From: Gemmatimonadetes bacterium 13_2_20CM_2_65_7
GTDB taxonomy: Bacteria > Gemmatimonadota > Gemmatimonadetes > Gemmatimonadales > GWC2-71-9
Assembly (NCBI GenBank): GCA_001915025.1
Contig: MNDR01000081.1
Span: 18,814-82,813 of the forward strand
Direction of reading: 5' to 3'
Length of the DNA: 64,000 nucleotides
Shown here: piece by piece, positions 9,338 through 19,384 of the stretch
Layout: each line of letters begins with the position of its first letter
Numbering within the stretch: position 1 is the first letter of the stretch
The notes under the pieces: generated by a model
Seen by the model: only the letters and a program-made list of their open reading frames with translations
Told to the model about the DNA's origin: nothing
Databases searched by the model: none
Position numbers and translations under genes: made by a program

Positions 9338-9874
9338 ATGAGCGAGTTGCCGAAGGTGACACCGGAATACTTTCAGATCCTCGTCATTCGCGAGCTGCGA
9401 AAGGCCGGGTTCGACGTTGGCGATGTGCGGATACACCGGCGCAGCGAGTTGCCCGAGCCACAGCGCGGTTTCGTTCTGGAATTGGCGGCGCCCCTCGCCC
9501 ATGCGGCCTGGCACAAGCGGGCGCTGCTGGCATGCCGGAAACAGGACGATGTGGTGAGTCGCGACGTCGTGGATGCTCTCAACTCGCGGCTGGGAAACGC
9601 GCGAGCCGAGGTTGTCATTCTCTTCGCGACTGCGGAGTTCCACGAGGAGACCGTGGTGGCCGCGCAACAGTCGGGAATGGCCCTCCTCCACGTCATTGAC
9701 GGCCGGAAGGCGTACGACGGCGGTGGTTACGGGACCCCCGACCATTACCCGGCGTGGCTTCCCGCCCATACAGTAGAAGTCGTCGATCGGGATGGCGGCG
9801 GGCAAATCCGCGCGCGAGTGCTCGAGGCCGGTGGGGGCGCGGCAATCGTGCTGGCCGCCTTCGAGGCAGACTAG
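9338..9874 (+). CDS. Restriction-endonuclease-fold (Mrr_cat-like) domain protein
   Basis: Layout VTPEYFQILVIRELRKAGFDV...GFVLEL...ALLACRKQ...VVSRDVVDAL...VVILFATAEFHEETVVAAQQSGMALLHVIDG matches the Mrr catalytic-domain pattern (FE..v..ll..mG, D/E...xK, Tts.Ft..A, lid). ATG 9338 follows GGAGAG. Confidence 0.4.
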   Translation: MSELPKVTPEYFQILVIRELRKAGFDVGDVRIHRRSELPEPQRGFVLELAAPLAHAAWHKRALLACRKQDDVVSRDVVDALNSRLGNARAEVVILFATAEFHEETVVAAQQSGMALLHVIDGRKAYDGGGYGTPDHYPAWLPAHTVEVVDRDGGGQIRARVLEAGGGAAIVLAAFEAD

Positions 9875-9893
9875 GAAGGGGAGGGGAGGGGGA

Positions 9894-10178
9894 ATGCAGA
9901 AGGATGCGATGGATGTGTTGCAGGCGTGGGTGGATCAGTACAACGCCCGCGCGGGAGCCTCGATCGCGCTCGATTCGGGGGGCGAGGCGGGCGGGGCTCA
10001 GCTCCGCCTCAAATACCGGCCAGCGGACGGCGTCATCTCGATTCTTCATCTCGTCGCCGTGAGCAGCGATGGCCGGCCAGCCATTCTCGTGAGCCGGTTC
10101 GAAGGTCCGACCGCCGAGACCTCGGTGCAGGCAGGTCTGTGGGCGAGTGCCCAGCTCGGACGCCGGCCGGCGAGTTGA
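9894..10178 (+). CDS. Hypothetical protein (94 aa)
   Basis: ATG 9894 preceded by a strong purine-rich SD (GGAAGGGGAGGGGAGGGGGA). No recognised motif. Confidence 0.35.
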   Translation: MQKDAMDVLQAWVDQYNARAGASIALDSGGEAGGAQLRLKYRPADGVISILHLVAVSSDGRPAILVSRFEGPTAETSVQAGLWASAQLGRRPAS

Positions 10179-10184
10179 GGTGGC

Positions 10185-10478
10185 ATGCGCAAGCCAATGC
10201 CGCTCGAGATCACCCGCGCCAACGAGTGGGACGTGCGAATTCGCTGGAGCGACGGGCACGACGTCGTCTATCCGGCGCGGTATCTACGGGTCCGATGTTG
10301 CTGCGCGGTATGTACAGCGGTGGTGGATGTCCCGGCCCCTGAGGACGTCCACCCCGTGGCGATCAACGCCGTAGGGGGGTACGCGATCCAGTTTGAGTGG
10401 AGCGACGGGCACGCCGCGGGGCTGTACTCGTACGACTATCTGCGCGGGATCTGTCCGTGTCCGACGTGCGCCTCCTAG
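10185..10478 (+). CDS. DUF971 (gamma-butyrobetaine hydroxylase N-terminal-like) protein
   Basis: IRWSDGHDVVYPARYLRVRCCCAVC...FEWSDGHAAGLYSYDYLRGICPCPTC, the duplicated W.DGH motif with Zn-type Cys pairs. Confidence 0.7.
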   Translation: MRKPMPLEITRANEWDVRIRWSDGHDVVYPARYLRVRCCCAVCTAVVDVPAPEDVHPVAINAVGGYAIQFEWSDGHAAGLYSYDYLRGICPCPTCAS

Positions 10479-11893
10479 CGCGAGAACACCACCGTCTGGA
10501 TGGAGTGTGGCCGCGCGCTGATCTGCACTGACGCGGAGCCGACGGCGAGGTTGTAGTCTCCGCGCTTTGACGTCGGATTCATGACGACCACGACCACTCT
10601 ACCGTCCGGGTTGGCGAAAGCCGTCGCGAGCAGCATGCTGCGGCTCGGTGCCGCCAGGATTCTTCTGGCGCCGGGACGGATGAATTTCGAGAAGTGCCCG
10701 ATGTAGTAGTAGGAATTGGTGTAGATGAGCTTGCCGGTACGGGTGTCGCCATGGATCGGGGCAAAGCAGAAATTCCCGACGTGGTTGGGACCGCCCCGTT
10801 CATCGAGCAGAATATTCCAGTCCGTCCATCCCTCGGCGCCCGCATTGAAGTCGTGAATCATCGAGCGCCCGTACGCCTCGCCCAGGCTCCAGCGTCCGTA
10901 CCCGGTGGAGTCGAAGTTCGCCGGCGTGCCTTCGGTGAAGAGGAGGTGCTTACCAGGGTAGAGCCGGTTCACCAGGGCGACGTTGTCGTACATCTGAGTC
11001 CCACCGGACCAGTCTTCATACCAGTGGAAGCCCATTCCCCACGCGTATTTCGCGGCCGCGGAATCGCCGAAGATGGTCAGCGCCCGCTCGATGATGAGAT
11101 CCCGGTTATGGTCCCAGACCATGATGTTGACGTCACGCAGTCCCTCTCCCCACATGGCCGGACCGAGGTGATTCTTGAGAAAGTCGCGCTCGTCCGCCGC
11201 CTGGTAGACGCACGATTCCCACGTCTGGGTCGCCATCGGCTCGTTCTGAATCGTGATGCCCCACACAGGTACGCCTGCCTTACGGTAGCTCTCAACGAAC
11301 TTCGCGAAGTAGTGGGCCCAGGCGTGAGCGTACTCAGGGCGCAGGTGACCGCCATGCAACATGTCGTTGTTGTCCTTCATGAACGCCGGCGGGCTCCAGG
11401 GACTGGCAAAGAGTTTGAGCTTGTTGCCGCTCGCAGCCATCGCGCGCTTGATGAGCGGGATTCTGAACCGCAGGTCGTGCGCGACGGAGAACGAGGTCAG
11501 GGCCGAATCGCCTTCCGTCACGTAGGTGTAGCTCTCGCTCGAAAAGTCGCAGCTATTGATGTTCGTCCGGCCCAAGGTGTATCCGATCCCGCGATCGGCG
11601 CTGTAATACGCCGTGATCAAGTCCTCCTGCTCGGCCGCGGGGAGCTTGGCAAACGTCTCGGCTGCGGCATCGGTCAGCGCTCCGCCGATTCCAATCAACG
11701 GCTGGAACGTTTTCCGCGGATCGACGAAGACGTACACCTTTCCCTCGGACGTTGGCTCTGAGGGCTTGAACACCAGGGTGTCGGTGGCTGTCAGCCGGAG
11801 GCTGGTGCTCTCGGCGGTGGTGTAGACGATGGCGCGAGTTTGGGATGCGGCAGTCCTCGCGAGGAGCAGTAACAGCAGCAGATAGCGCGCCAT
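10475..11893 (-). CDS. Glycoside hydrolase family 30 (glucosylceramidase-like), secreted
   Basis: Signal peptide. IGIGGALTDAAAETF, FASPWSPPAFMK, ITIQNEP (acid/base Glu context), and a beta-sandwich C-terminus, typical of GH30. Confidence 0.8.
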   Translation of the reverse strand: MARYLLLLLLLARTAASQTRAIVYTTAESTSLRLTATDTLVFKPSEPTSEGKVYVFVDPRKTFQPLIGIGGALTDAAAETFAKLPAAEQEDLITAYYSADRGIGYTLGRTNINSCDFSSESYTYVTEGDSALTSFSVAHDLRFRIPLIKRAMAASGNKLKLFASPWSPPAFMKDNNDMLHGGHLRPEYAHAWAHYFAKFVESYRKAGVPVWGITIQNEPMATQTWESCVYQAADERDFLKNHLGPAMWGEGLRDVNIMVWDHNRDLIIERALTIFGDSAAAKYAWGMGFHWYEDWSGGTQMYDNVALVNRLYPGKHLLFTEGTPANFDSTGYGRWSLGEAYGRSMIHDFNAGAEGWTDWNILLDERGGPNHVGNFCFAPIHGDTRTGKLIYTNSYYYIGHFSKFIRPGARRILAAPSRSMLLATAFANPDGRVVVVVMNPTSKRGDYNLAVGSASVQISARPHSIQTVVFSR

Positions 11894-12640
11894 TTAAGCC
11901 TCGATTTTTGAAAACCGCCACGCACCGAAGAGGACGAACAGAACCCCAACCCCCACCAGCACGGCAACGTCCAACGCGACGCCGAAATGCGTCCGACCGA
12001 TCAGCAGACCCCTCACCCCGTCGACGCCGTAGGTGAGCGGATCGACGCGCGTGAGCGCCCCCAAGACTTTGGGAAGCCCCTCGAGCGGATAGATCGCTCC
12101 CGAGAGAAAGAAGGTCGGCATCACGAGGAAGTTCATCACCATCTGAAAGCCCTGCATCTCCTTGAGGCTCGACCCGATCGCGGTCGCAAGCGCCGAGAAG
12201 ATCACGGCAATCAGCGCGATGACGAGAAAGGCGAGCGGCACGGCGAGGAGGCTCGCGGGGCGGAAGCCCGCGATGAGAGTCACGACGAAAATCAGCGTGC
12301 CCTGCAACACCGCGACGGTGGCACCGCCGAGCGTGCGCCCGATCATGATCGCCAAACGCGGCACGGGCGCGACCAGGGTCTCCTTTAAGAATCCGAACTG
12401 GCGGTCCCACAGCATCGCGATCCCCGAGAACATGGCCGTAAACAGCACGGTCATGCCGATCACGCCGGGCGCCATGAACTGGAGGTAGCTCCCCTCGCCG
12501 GCGCGCCGGAACACGGGGCCGAGGCCGAACCCGAGCACGCCCAGGTACATGAGCGGGCCGCCGAGCGACGCCACGATCTGGACGCGCGAGCGCAGGTATT
12601 TCTTCACTTCCCGCAGCCATAGAATGAAGACGACGGTCAT
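11894..12640 (-). CDS. ABC-2 type exporter permease
   Basis: Six TM helices with ABC-2 family architecture. Immediately downstream of the DrrA-like ATPase. Confidence 0.8.
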   Translation of the reverse strand: MTVVFILWLREVKKYLRSRVQIVASLGGPLMYLGVLGFGLGPVFRRAGEGSYLQFMAPGVIGMTVLFTAMFSGIAMLWDRQFGFLKETLVAPVPRLAIMIGRTLGGATVAVLQGTLIFVVTLIAGFRPASLLAVPLAFLVIALIAVIFSALATAIGSSLKEMQGFQMVMNFLVMPTFFLSGAIYPLEGLPKVLGALTRVDPLTYGVDGVRGLLIGRTHFGVALDVAVLVGVGVLFVLFGAWRFSKIEA

Positions 12641-12644
12641 GCGC

Positions 12645-13445
12645 TCATCTCCTCCACACGCGGGCGACCTGCCGCATCTGGTCTGCGGCCGTGGCGCTCT
12701 CGTCCCGGATCGTCGTACCGGTGAGCGCGAGGAACGCGGCTTCGAGCGAATCGGTGCCGGTTTGCTGCTTGAGCTCCGCGGACGAACCGGTGGCGACGAT
12801 GCGCCCGTGGTCGATCACCGCAATGCGATCTGCCACCCGGTCGGCTTCGTCCATGTAGTGCGTGGTGAGAAACACGGTCACGCGCTCCGCCTGATTGAGA
12901 TTCCGTACGTGGGTCCACATCTGATTGCGGCTCTGGGGATCGAGGCCGAGCGTCGGTTCGTCCAGAAACAGCACCTTCGGGGTGTGCAGCAGCCCACGGG
13001 CGATTTCGAGCCGGCGTTTCATGCCGCCGGAGAACGTCTTCACCAAGTCATCGCGCCGGTCCCACAGCTCGAACATGCGGAGCAGAGTCTCGGTCCGCTC
13101 CCGTCGGGCACGACGCGGTAGATGGTACAGGACGCCGTGGATATCCATGTTCTCCCACGCCGTGAGGTCGCTGTCGAGACTCGGATCCTGGAACACGACG
13201 CCGAAGCGCCGCCGCACCTCCGTCTGGTGCGTGGCGGGATCGAGCCCGTCGAGCTCGAGGGAGCCGCTCGTGGGCCGGAGCAGGGTCGTGAGCATCTTGA
13301 TGGTGGTGGTCTTCCCGGCGCCGTTCGGACCGAGGAACGCGAAGATCTCGCCGGCGCGGACGTCGAAGGAGACATCGTTGACCGCCGTGACTTTCCCGAA
13401 CGACTTGATGACGTGCTGGACGCGAATGATCGGCTGATCGCTCAC
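12645..13445 (-). CDS. ABC transporter ATP-binding protein (DrrA/ABC-2 type)
   Basis: GPNGAGKTT, FQDPSLD, FSGGMKRRLEIARGL, LFLDEPTLGLD, TTHYMDE. All motifs are present. Confidence 0.9.
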   Translation of the reverse strand: MSDQPIIRVQHVIKSFGKVTAVNDVSFDVRAGEIFAFLGPNGAGKTTTIKMLTTLLRPTSGSLELDGLDPATHQTEVRRRFGVVFQDPSLDSDLTAWENMDIHGVLYHLPRRARRERTETLLRMFELWDRRDDLVKTFSGGMKRRLEIARGLLHTPKVLFLDEPTLGLDPQSRNQMWTHVRNLNQAERVTVFLTTHYMDEADRVADRIAVIDHGRIVATGSSAELKQQTGTDSLEAAFLALTGTTIRDESATAADQMRQVARVWRR

Positions 13446-14228
13446 CTACGCCCTCGGCGCCGCCGGTTTGGCCGCGTAGATGAAGTCGTAGTACTCCCGC
13501 ATCGTCAGACTCGCGGCGGCTTCCACGTCCACGATCACGATCGCGTCGCGGTGCAGCTGGAGCGCGCTGGCCGTCACCATGCTGGTCACCGGCCCCTCGA
13601 CCGTTTGTGCAATCGCTTTTGCCTTGGTTTTTCCGCTCGCCACCAGCACCAGTTTGCGCGCATTGAGGATCGTACCGACGCCCATGGTGATGGCATACAC
13701 CGGCACGTCCTCCCGACGCTCGAAGAAGCGCGCGTTGTCATCGATGGTCTGCTTGGACAGCGTCTTGAGCCGCGTGCGCGAGCTCAAGGAGCTCGTCGGC
13801 TCGTTGAAGGCGATGTGACCATCGGTGCCGATGCCGAGAATCTGCAGGTCGATCCCGCCGCATTCCGCGATGCGCCGCTCGTACCATTCGCAAAAGGCGG
13901 CGTAGTTGCTGGTGGTGCCAGACGGAATGTTGATATTGTGCGGCGGGATGTTCACGTGCCGGAAAAAATGCTCGTGCATGAAGTAGTGATAGCTCTGCGG
14001 ATGATTCACGGGCAGGCCGACGTATTCGTCGAGGTTGAACGTCGTCACGCGCGAGAAGTCGAGCTGCTCCTTCTTGTGCAGCCGCACTAGCTCCTGATAC
14101 AGCCCGAGCGGCGTGGAGCCCGTCGCCATGCCGAGCACGGCATTCGGCTTGGTGTTGAGCAATTCCGCGACGATGTGCGCCGCGACCTTGCTCATCTGCG
14201 TGTAGTCTCGCTGAACGATGACTTCCAT
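13446..14228 (-). CDS. nagB: Glucosamine-6-phosphate deaminase
   Basis: LGMATGSTPLGLY, FNLDEYVGL, LGIGTDGHIAFNEP. Full length (260 aa). Confidence 0.9.
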   Translation of the reverse strand: MEVIVQRDYTQMSKVAAHIVAELLNTKPNAVLGMATGSTPLGLYQELVRLHKKEQLDFSRVTTFNLDEYVGLPVNHPQSYHYFMHEHFFRHVNIPPHNINIPSGTTSNYAAFCEWYERRIAECGGIDLQILGIGTDGHIAFNEPTSSLSSRTRLKTLSKQTIDDNARFFERREDVPVYAITMGVGTILNARKLVLVASGKTKAKAIAQTVEGPVTSMVTASALQLHRDAIVIVDVEAAASLTMREYYDFIYAAKPAAPRA

Positions 14229-14245
14229 GGGTCCTCATCCCCTGA

Positions 14246-14270
14246 CCCCCTCTCCATTGTGGAGAGGGGG
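14246..14270 (-). terminator. GC-rich hairpin between the DinB-like gene and nagB (possible terminator, no U-tract)
   Basis: CCCCCTCTCC-attgt-GGAGAGGGGG, a perfect 10-bp stem, 24 nt downstream of the 14294 stop. Confidence 0.35.
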
Positions 14271-14293
14271 AACGGCGGGAACGGGGGTTCGGA

Positions 14294-14896
14294 CTACATG
14301 CTTCGACGCTGCGCGGTCGGCGGCAAGACGCCGTTGAGGCGCAGGTAGTTCGCTTCCTGACTGTAGTGGTCGGCCCAGTCTCCGACGGTAATGAGGACTG
14401 CGGTCGCGCGTGAGAGGTTCATGCCGAACATCGAGACTGACTCGGCCAGCTTCGAGTCGTCCATTTTTGCGAAGGCCTGCTCGCAGAACTGGAACGTCTC
14501 TTTCAGCCGGGCGACGAGCTGCTCCTTGCTGGCCGTCGTGTCTATCGGTGTACGCTGCGGCGCCGGGACGCCGGCGGTCTTGCTGCAGAGGACATCGTTG
14601 CCCTCATTCGCGAGATGGACCTGGATCAGGGCGAAGCTCATCTGCGCCGGCGTGGGGCGGTAGTTGTACTTGTCCGCCGGCATCGCTTCAGCAGCGGCAA
14701 TCAGGTTGCGCGCGGAACGCTGTTCCATGTTGCGCAGCGCGTCGCTCACCGGATTTGCCGATGGCGCGGGGGCTGCGTTGGGAGCAGCGGCGGGAGCAGG
14801 GGCGGGGGTGGGAGCTGGGGGCTTGGACGCTTGCGCGACGAGCGCTGCCGGAAGAACGGCGCAAGCAATCAGGAGAAAACAGGCTCGGTGCTGCAT
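14294..14896 (-). CDS. DinB-family protein with signal peptide and Ala/Pro-rich linker
   Basis: Signal peptide MQHRACFLLIACAVLPAALVAQA. Four-helix DinB-like pattern (MPADKYNYRPTP...HLANEG...GDWADHYSQEANYLRLNG). Confidence 0.6.
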   Translation of the reverse strand: MQHRACFLLIACAVLPAALVAQASKPPAPTPAPAPAAAPNAAPAPSANPVSDALRNMEQRSARNLIAAAEAMPADKYNYRPTPAQMSFALIQVHLANEGNDVLCSKTAGVPAPQRTPIDTTASKEQLVARLKETFQFCEQAFAKMDDSKLAESVSMFGMNLSRATAVLITVGDWADHYSQEANYLRLNGVLPPTAQRRSM

Positions 14897-14959
14897 CGTC
14901 AGGGCTCCAATGAGAGGGGCTTGGATTTTGCCCCAATCAGAGCCGAGGCGCTAGCCTCC

Positions 14960-16666
14960 TTACGCCTCTCGCTTGCGCCGTGACGGCTTTCGCTCGTCCT
15001 TGCGCTCCTGGCTCACTCCCGCAATCACGACCTGGTTCCGGCCCGAGCTTTTGGCCTGATACATCGCGGCGTCGGCGGTCGCAATCAGCTCTTCCGGCGT
15101 CTCCCCTCCTTCGGGGTACTCGGCCAGGCCGATGCTGACCGTGAGCGACCCCGGGCCGAGCTCCTGCTCCGCCACGCGGGCGCGAACGCGCTCCCCGACG
15201 ATCGCGGCCGTCGCCATCGTGCACTCGAGCAGCATCACGACAAACTCTTCGCCACCGTAGCGCGCCACACAATCCACCTGGCGCGTCGTCTTGCGGAAGA
15301 CCTCCGCGATCTTCACGAGCGCCGCATCACCCGCGAGATGTCCATGCGTGTCGTTGTATTGCTTGAAGCGATCGACGTCCGCGAGCAGCACGGTGAACGA
15401 GCGCCGCAGGCGTCGCGACCGCTGCACCTCACTCGCGAGCGTGCCCATGAGATGCCGGCGGTTGTACAGTCCTGTCAGTGAATCGGTGAGCGACAGCTTC
15501 TCCAGCTCGCTATGACTCTCCTTTTCTCGCAGTCGCGATACCAGAGTGTTGAACGCCCGCGTCAAATAACCGACCTCGCCACCCCCCGAGGGAAGCTCAA
15601 CCGACAGATCACCGGCCGACAGGCGTCCCGCGGCTTCGGTCAGGCGCACGAGGGGCCCTGTCAGGATCACACTCACGATGAACCCCACGAGCCCGACTGC
15701 GACCAGCAGTGCCACGATGAGCACCACCGTTCGCATCCGCAGCACACCGGCCTCCCGCACCGCGGCGCGCGGCGTCTCGGCCACGACTGCCCAGCGGAGC
15801 TGGGGAATGCGCTGCACCACCGCCACAACGTCGCGTCCTCGCGCGCGCGTCTGATTGACCGTCTGACCTTCGTGCTCGAACAGCTCGCGCGTCGTCGCCG
15901 CCGGCCAGGCGGTCCTCATGAGCTCGGCGGAGTTCCCCGCCGCGCTGATCACCACGCGCCCCTGCTCGGTGATCACGGAGAGGTCGCGCGACCCGTTCGC
16001 CGATCGCTCGTGCAACATGTCCGTGAGGCCGGTCAAATTGATTTTTGCGGAGAGCGCGCCCAGAAAGAGTCCGTCATCCCGGCGGATCGGGACCACGATA
16101 ACGAGCGCCGGCTTGCCGAGCGACGCGTCCCAGAAGGGATCACCGACGAGCGCGTCTCTCGTGCGCAGGTTGTTGAGCTGGTCCTGAGAAAGCCGGAATC
16201 CGGTGCGGCTTCCGCTGCTCGTCAGCACCTGACCGTCGCCGCCGCTGATGGCGAGGCCATCGTGAGCCGCAAGGTTCTGACGGACCGAGTTGAGATAATC
16301 GCGTAGGCGAATAACAGCCTGAGCGGCTCCGCGCCCTCCTCCCGACGCCCGGGCCAGATTATCCGAAACGACGTAGGGACTCGCGCGCAGCCGCAAATCG
16401 AAGACGCGCTGGTCGAGCCACACGTCGATCTCGCGAGCGGCGTCCGAGCTCGCGGCCCGGAGCTCGAGACCGACGCGATCGCCCAGCGAGCGCTGACTTC
16501 CCCCTGACAAGATCAGCGTCATGGCAAGTGCCGTGACCAGCGCCGCCAGCACCGCGAGCAGGAGAACCTTGCCGCTCAGAGTGTCCAGGCGCAGCGCGCG
16601 CAGCGATCGAATGCCGATTTTTTCCGAAATGCTCACGGATGGTCGCCTGAAAGGACGCAACAACAT
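14960..16666 (-). CDS. Diguanylate cyclase with periplasmic Cache-like sensor, HAMP and GGDEF domains
   Basis: Two TM segments flank a roughly 270-aa periplasmic region. HAMP (PLVRLTEAAGRLSAGDL). GGDEF domain (DSLTGLYNRR...RYGGEEFVV). Confidence 0.85.
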   Translation of the reverse strand: MLLRPFRRPSVSISEKIGIRSLRALRLDTLSGKVLLLAVLAALVTALAMTLILSGGSQRSLGDRVGLELRAASSDAAREIDVWLDQRVFDLRLRASPYVVSDNLARASGGGRGAAQAVIRLRDYLNSVRQNLAAHDGLAISGGDGQVLTSSGSRTGFRLSQDQLNNLRTRDALVGDPFWDASLGKPALVIVVPIRRDDGLFLGALSAKINLTGLTDMLHERSANGSRDLSVITEQGRVVISAAGNSAELMRTAWPAATTRELFEHEGQTVNQTRARGRDVVAVVQRIPQLRWAVVAETPRAAVREAGVLRMRTVVLIVALLVAVGLVGFIVSVILTGPLVRLTEAAGRLSAGDLSVELPSGGGEVGYLTRAFNTLVSRLREKESHSELEKLSLTDSLTGLYNRRHLMGTLASEVQRSRRLRRSFTVLLADVDRFKQYNDTHGHLAGDAALVKIAEVFRKTTRQVDCVARYGGEEFVVMLLECTMATAAIVGERVRARVAEQELGPGSLTVSIGLAEYPEGGETPEELIATADAAMYQAKSSGRNQVVIAGVSQERKDERKPSRRKREA

Positions 16667-16741
16667 TCACTTCCGTCCCGTGGGCGCAAGAGACGGCGGT
16701 CACGGCGAACGGTCTTCGACCCGCGACAGCTAGTACTTTTC

Positions 16742-19306
16742 CTACCGATTGAGCCAATACGACAGCTTGACCAGGAAACTGTTGTCAGGCCGCTGATTGA
16801 ACAGGTCGTTCAGGTCGCCACCGAAACTGCGCGCCCCCTCCAGCCCCGTGGATCCTTGACGACCCTGACTCCACACGACGAACAACGTGGACCCCGGCCG
16901 GTACTCCCAGCGGAACACGACGTTCGAGCGGAACTGCTTGAAGTTGAACCCGCCGATGTTGTTCGTGTACGCGGTGTCGCCGTAGGCCTGATAGCGACTC
17001 GCGTAGTCTGCCGCGCGCGGGGTGGCTGACAATTGCCGGACGTTGCTGAACGTCCCCTTGGAGACAAATGGCTGGGCGTACACCTGCAACGTCATGTTCG
17101 CGGTGAACGGATACGTAAGGCGCATCGTCAGCGCGAGCTCTTTCTGCTCGAGATGCGCGAACAGGTAGTGCGTAACATTGCTGGCGTCGGTCCTTGGGCC
17201 GCGCTGCTGGGTGTCGTTGCGCCGGTGCGAGTAGCTCGGGGCGAGCGCTGCCGTCACGCGCGACGCGATCTTGAAGTCGACCTCCGGCGAGACGTTGAAG
17301 CTGCGCGACCGCCCGCCGTCGGCGCGAGACCAGTTGAACCAGAGATAGGGGACGATCGCCTTGCGGTCGTCGCCGTTGATCCCCAGCCATGGCGCAACGT
17401 ACGAATCCTGGCGCACCGCGGGACCGCCTCGCGCGCAGGAGTAGCAGTACGTCGTGCCCAGCCGGCCGACGGTTCCACCAAAGTGGAGCGACCACGTATT
17501 CAGGAAGGTCGTGTGTGTGTTGGTATTGAACGCCCGCTCTTCCGGTAGTCCCGCCGTGGTCCAATACTGCCACCAGTTGAAATTCCACTGGAATCGCTGA
17601 TAGAACCGGCGCTTGTGGCGGTCGAAGTATCCGGCCCACGTGCTCCACGCCAGCTGATCGGCACGCTGCAGGTACCCGAGGTCGTTGATCTCGAAGCCCG
17701 GGGACCGACGCTCGACATTGGTTTGGAAGAGGATGTTGCCGGCCACTTTGCCGAACTGCAGCGACTCGTCGTCGCCCGACAGGGAGGTACGTGTCGAGTC
17801 GAAGACGATTCCCGCATCAGGACGCTGGTAGTAGTGCGTGGCGTCGCGCTGCGTCGTGGCGATCGCCTGCGCGCTGCCCGCGACTCGACTGAGATCGAGC
17901 GCACCGGAGATCTCGTAGCGCCCGCCGGGGAAACGATGACGGAAGTCGAGCGCACCGACGTAGGCGTTCGAATGTAAGTACGGTGCGCTCCAGGAATCGT
18001 TGTTGCGATTCACGGCCGTGACGATGCCGCCCACGCTCGTCTCGCCCCCGCGCAGATCCTGACGCAGGCGGAGCACGCCGTAATTGGTCGTGGGTTCGAT
18101 CGTCACGCCTCCCGTGCCTCGCTCATGCGCGGTGACCGCGTCCACCGCCCCAATCGTCAGGCCGCCTGGCAGGCGCCCGGTGAGCTTTGCGGCGCCGAGG
18201 ATCGTCGTGAACGCCGGGGACGTGGTGTCGGAGTAAACTCCAGACAATTCGGGTGCGCGTCCGATGCGTCGCGAGTAGACCAGTCCCTCACCGGTCGAAC
18301 AGTCGTTCACCGCGGTGCAGTTTACGTTCATCTGGAATTGCCCCGCACCCTGGACGAAGAACGGCCGTTTCTCTTGAAAAAACGTCTCGAACGCCGTGAG
18401 GTTGAGCACCCCAGGGTCCGCTTCGACCTGGCCGAAGTCCGGCTTGATCGTGGCATCGAGCTTCAGGTTCGGCGCCACGCGGTACTTAAAGTCGCCGCCG
18501 ATAGTCAGGTCCTGCGTGCGGCCCAGCGTGTTGTTGCTGATGTGGGAAACGTTCTTGGTAACGAGATAGGGCGCGGCTTCGAGCCGACGCGGCTCCTCGA
18601 GGTTATCGAGGCCAGCGAGCTCGCCGAACTGCGACACGAACCCTGCCTGTGACTGACGGAAGAGCGGCCAACTCACCCGCTGGGAGTAACGGTAGATGTC
18701 GCGATCGATGGTCAAGCCAAAGGTGTGGCTCCGCTGCCGGCCATACGGAAGCTGCGACAGCGGGATCCGAAACTCGGCGGTCCAGCCGAGCGAATCGATG
18801 CGCGTTGCGACGTCCCACACCGCATCCCAGGCGAAATCTTCGTTCCCATCATTGTAGATCTGCGCGTCGAGCTTCACCCGGGAGGGATTGACCCAGAACT
18901 CGAAACCCGTACGGCGATCGTGATACGGATCGATAAAGACTCCAATCAAGTCGGTTGGCGTGAAGTAATCGCGGCGGGCGAGGACGGTGATAATGCTGTC
19001 GGGATGCGGGTCGAAGGCGCGGACGAAGATGTACAAGTTGGCCGCGTCGTACGCGATTTTCGCCTCGGTCGGCAGCTTCGGTGCTCCGCCCTCACTGGGC
19101 CGCCATTCCTGGAACTCGGTGATGGGCAGCGCCTCGTGCCAGACCTCATCGTCGTCGCGCCCGTCGATGACGGGCGGCCGAGCGGCGCGGGTCGCGATAG
19201 CGGCTTTCGGCGGAGGCGGTTTGTCCGCTGGGTTGCCGGGCGGCCGGGGATCGGGAGACTGACTGGCGAGCGCGACGGCGGCGAGCAGCGGCAATCCGAG
19301 CAGCAT
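16742..19306 (-). CDS. CBM9-like / DUF5916 family outer-membrane-associated protein
   Basis: Signal peptide. N-terminus IDGRDDDEVWHEALPITEFQEWRPSEG...YDAANLYIFVRAFD...DPYHDRRTGFEFWVNP is characteristic of CBM9/DUF5916 proteins. C-terminal aromatic residue. Confidence 0.7.
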   Translation of the reverse strand: MLLGLPLLAAVALASQSPDPRPPGNPADKPPPPKAAIATRAARPPVIDGRDDDEVWHEALPITEFQEWRPSEGGAPKLPTEAKIAYDAANLYIFVRAFDPHPDSIITVLARRDYFTPTDLIGVFIDPYHDRRTGFEFWVNPSRVKLDAQIYNDGNEDFAWDAVWDVATRIDSLGWTAEFRIPLSQLPYGRQRSHTFGLTIDRDIYRYSQRVSWPLFRQSQAGFVSQFGELAGLDNLEEPRRLEAAPYLVTKNVSHISNNTLGRTQDLTIGGDFKYRVAPNLKLDATIKPDFGQVEADPGVLNLTAFETFFQEKRPFFVQGAGQFQMNVNCTAVNDCSTGEGLVYSRRIGRAPELSGVYSDTTSPAFTTILGAAKLTGRLPGGLTIGAVDAVTAHERGTGGVTIEPTTNYGVLRLRQDLRGGETSVGGIVTAVNRNNDSWSAPYLHSNAYVGALDFRHRFPGGRYEISGALDLSRVAGSAQAIATTQRDATHYYQRPDAGIVFDSTRTSLSGDDESLQFGKVAGNILFQTNVERRSPGFEINDLGYLQRADQLAWSTWAGYFDRHKRRFYQRFQWNFNWWQYWTTAGLPEERAFNTNTHTTFLNTWSLHFGGTVGRLGTTYCYSCARGGPAVRQDSYVAPWLGINGDDRKAIVPYLWFNWSRADGGRSRSFNVSPEVDFKIASRVTAALAPSYSHRRNDTQQRGPRTDASNVTHYLFAHLEQKELALTMRLTYPFTANMTLQVYAQPFVSKGTFSNVRQLSATPRAADYASRYQAYGDTAYTNNIGGFNFKQFRSNVVFRWEYRPGSTLFVVWSQGRQGSTGLEGARSFGGDLNDLFNQRPDNSFLVKLSYWLNR

Positions 19307-19384
19307 GATGAGCCTGGATGTAGGTTATTAGGTTGGACGACGGAACCGCGAAAATGGTTGTTTCAGGCAGAGGTCAGGGAGAAG

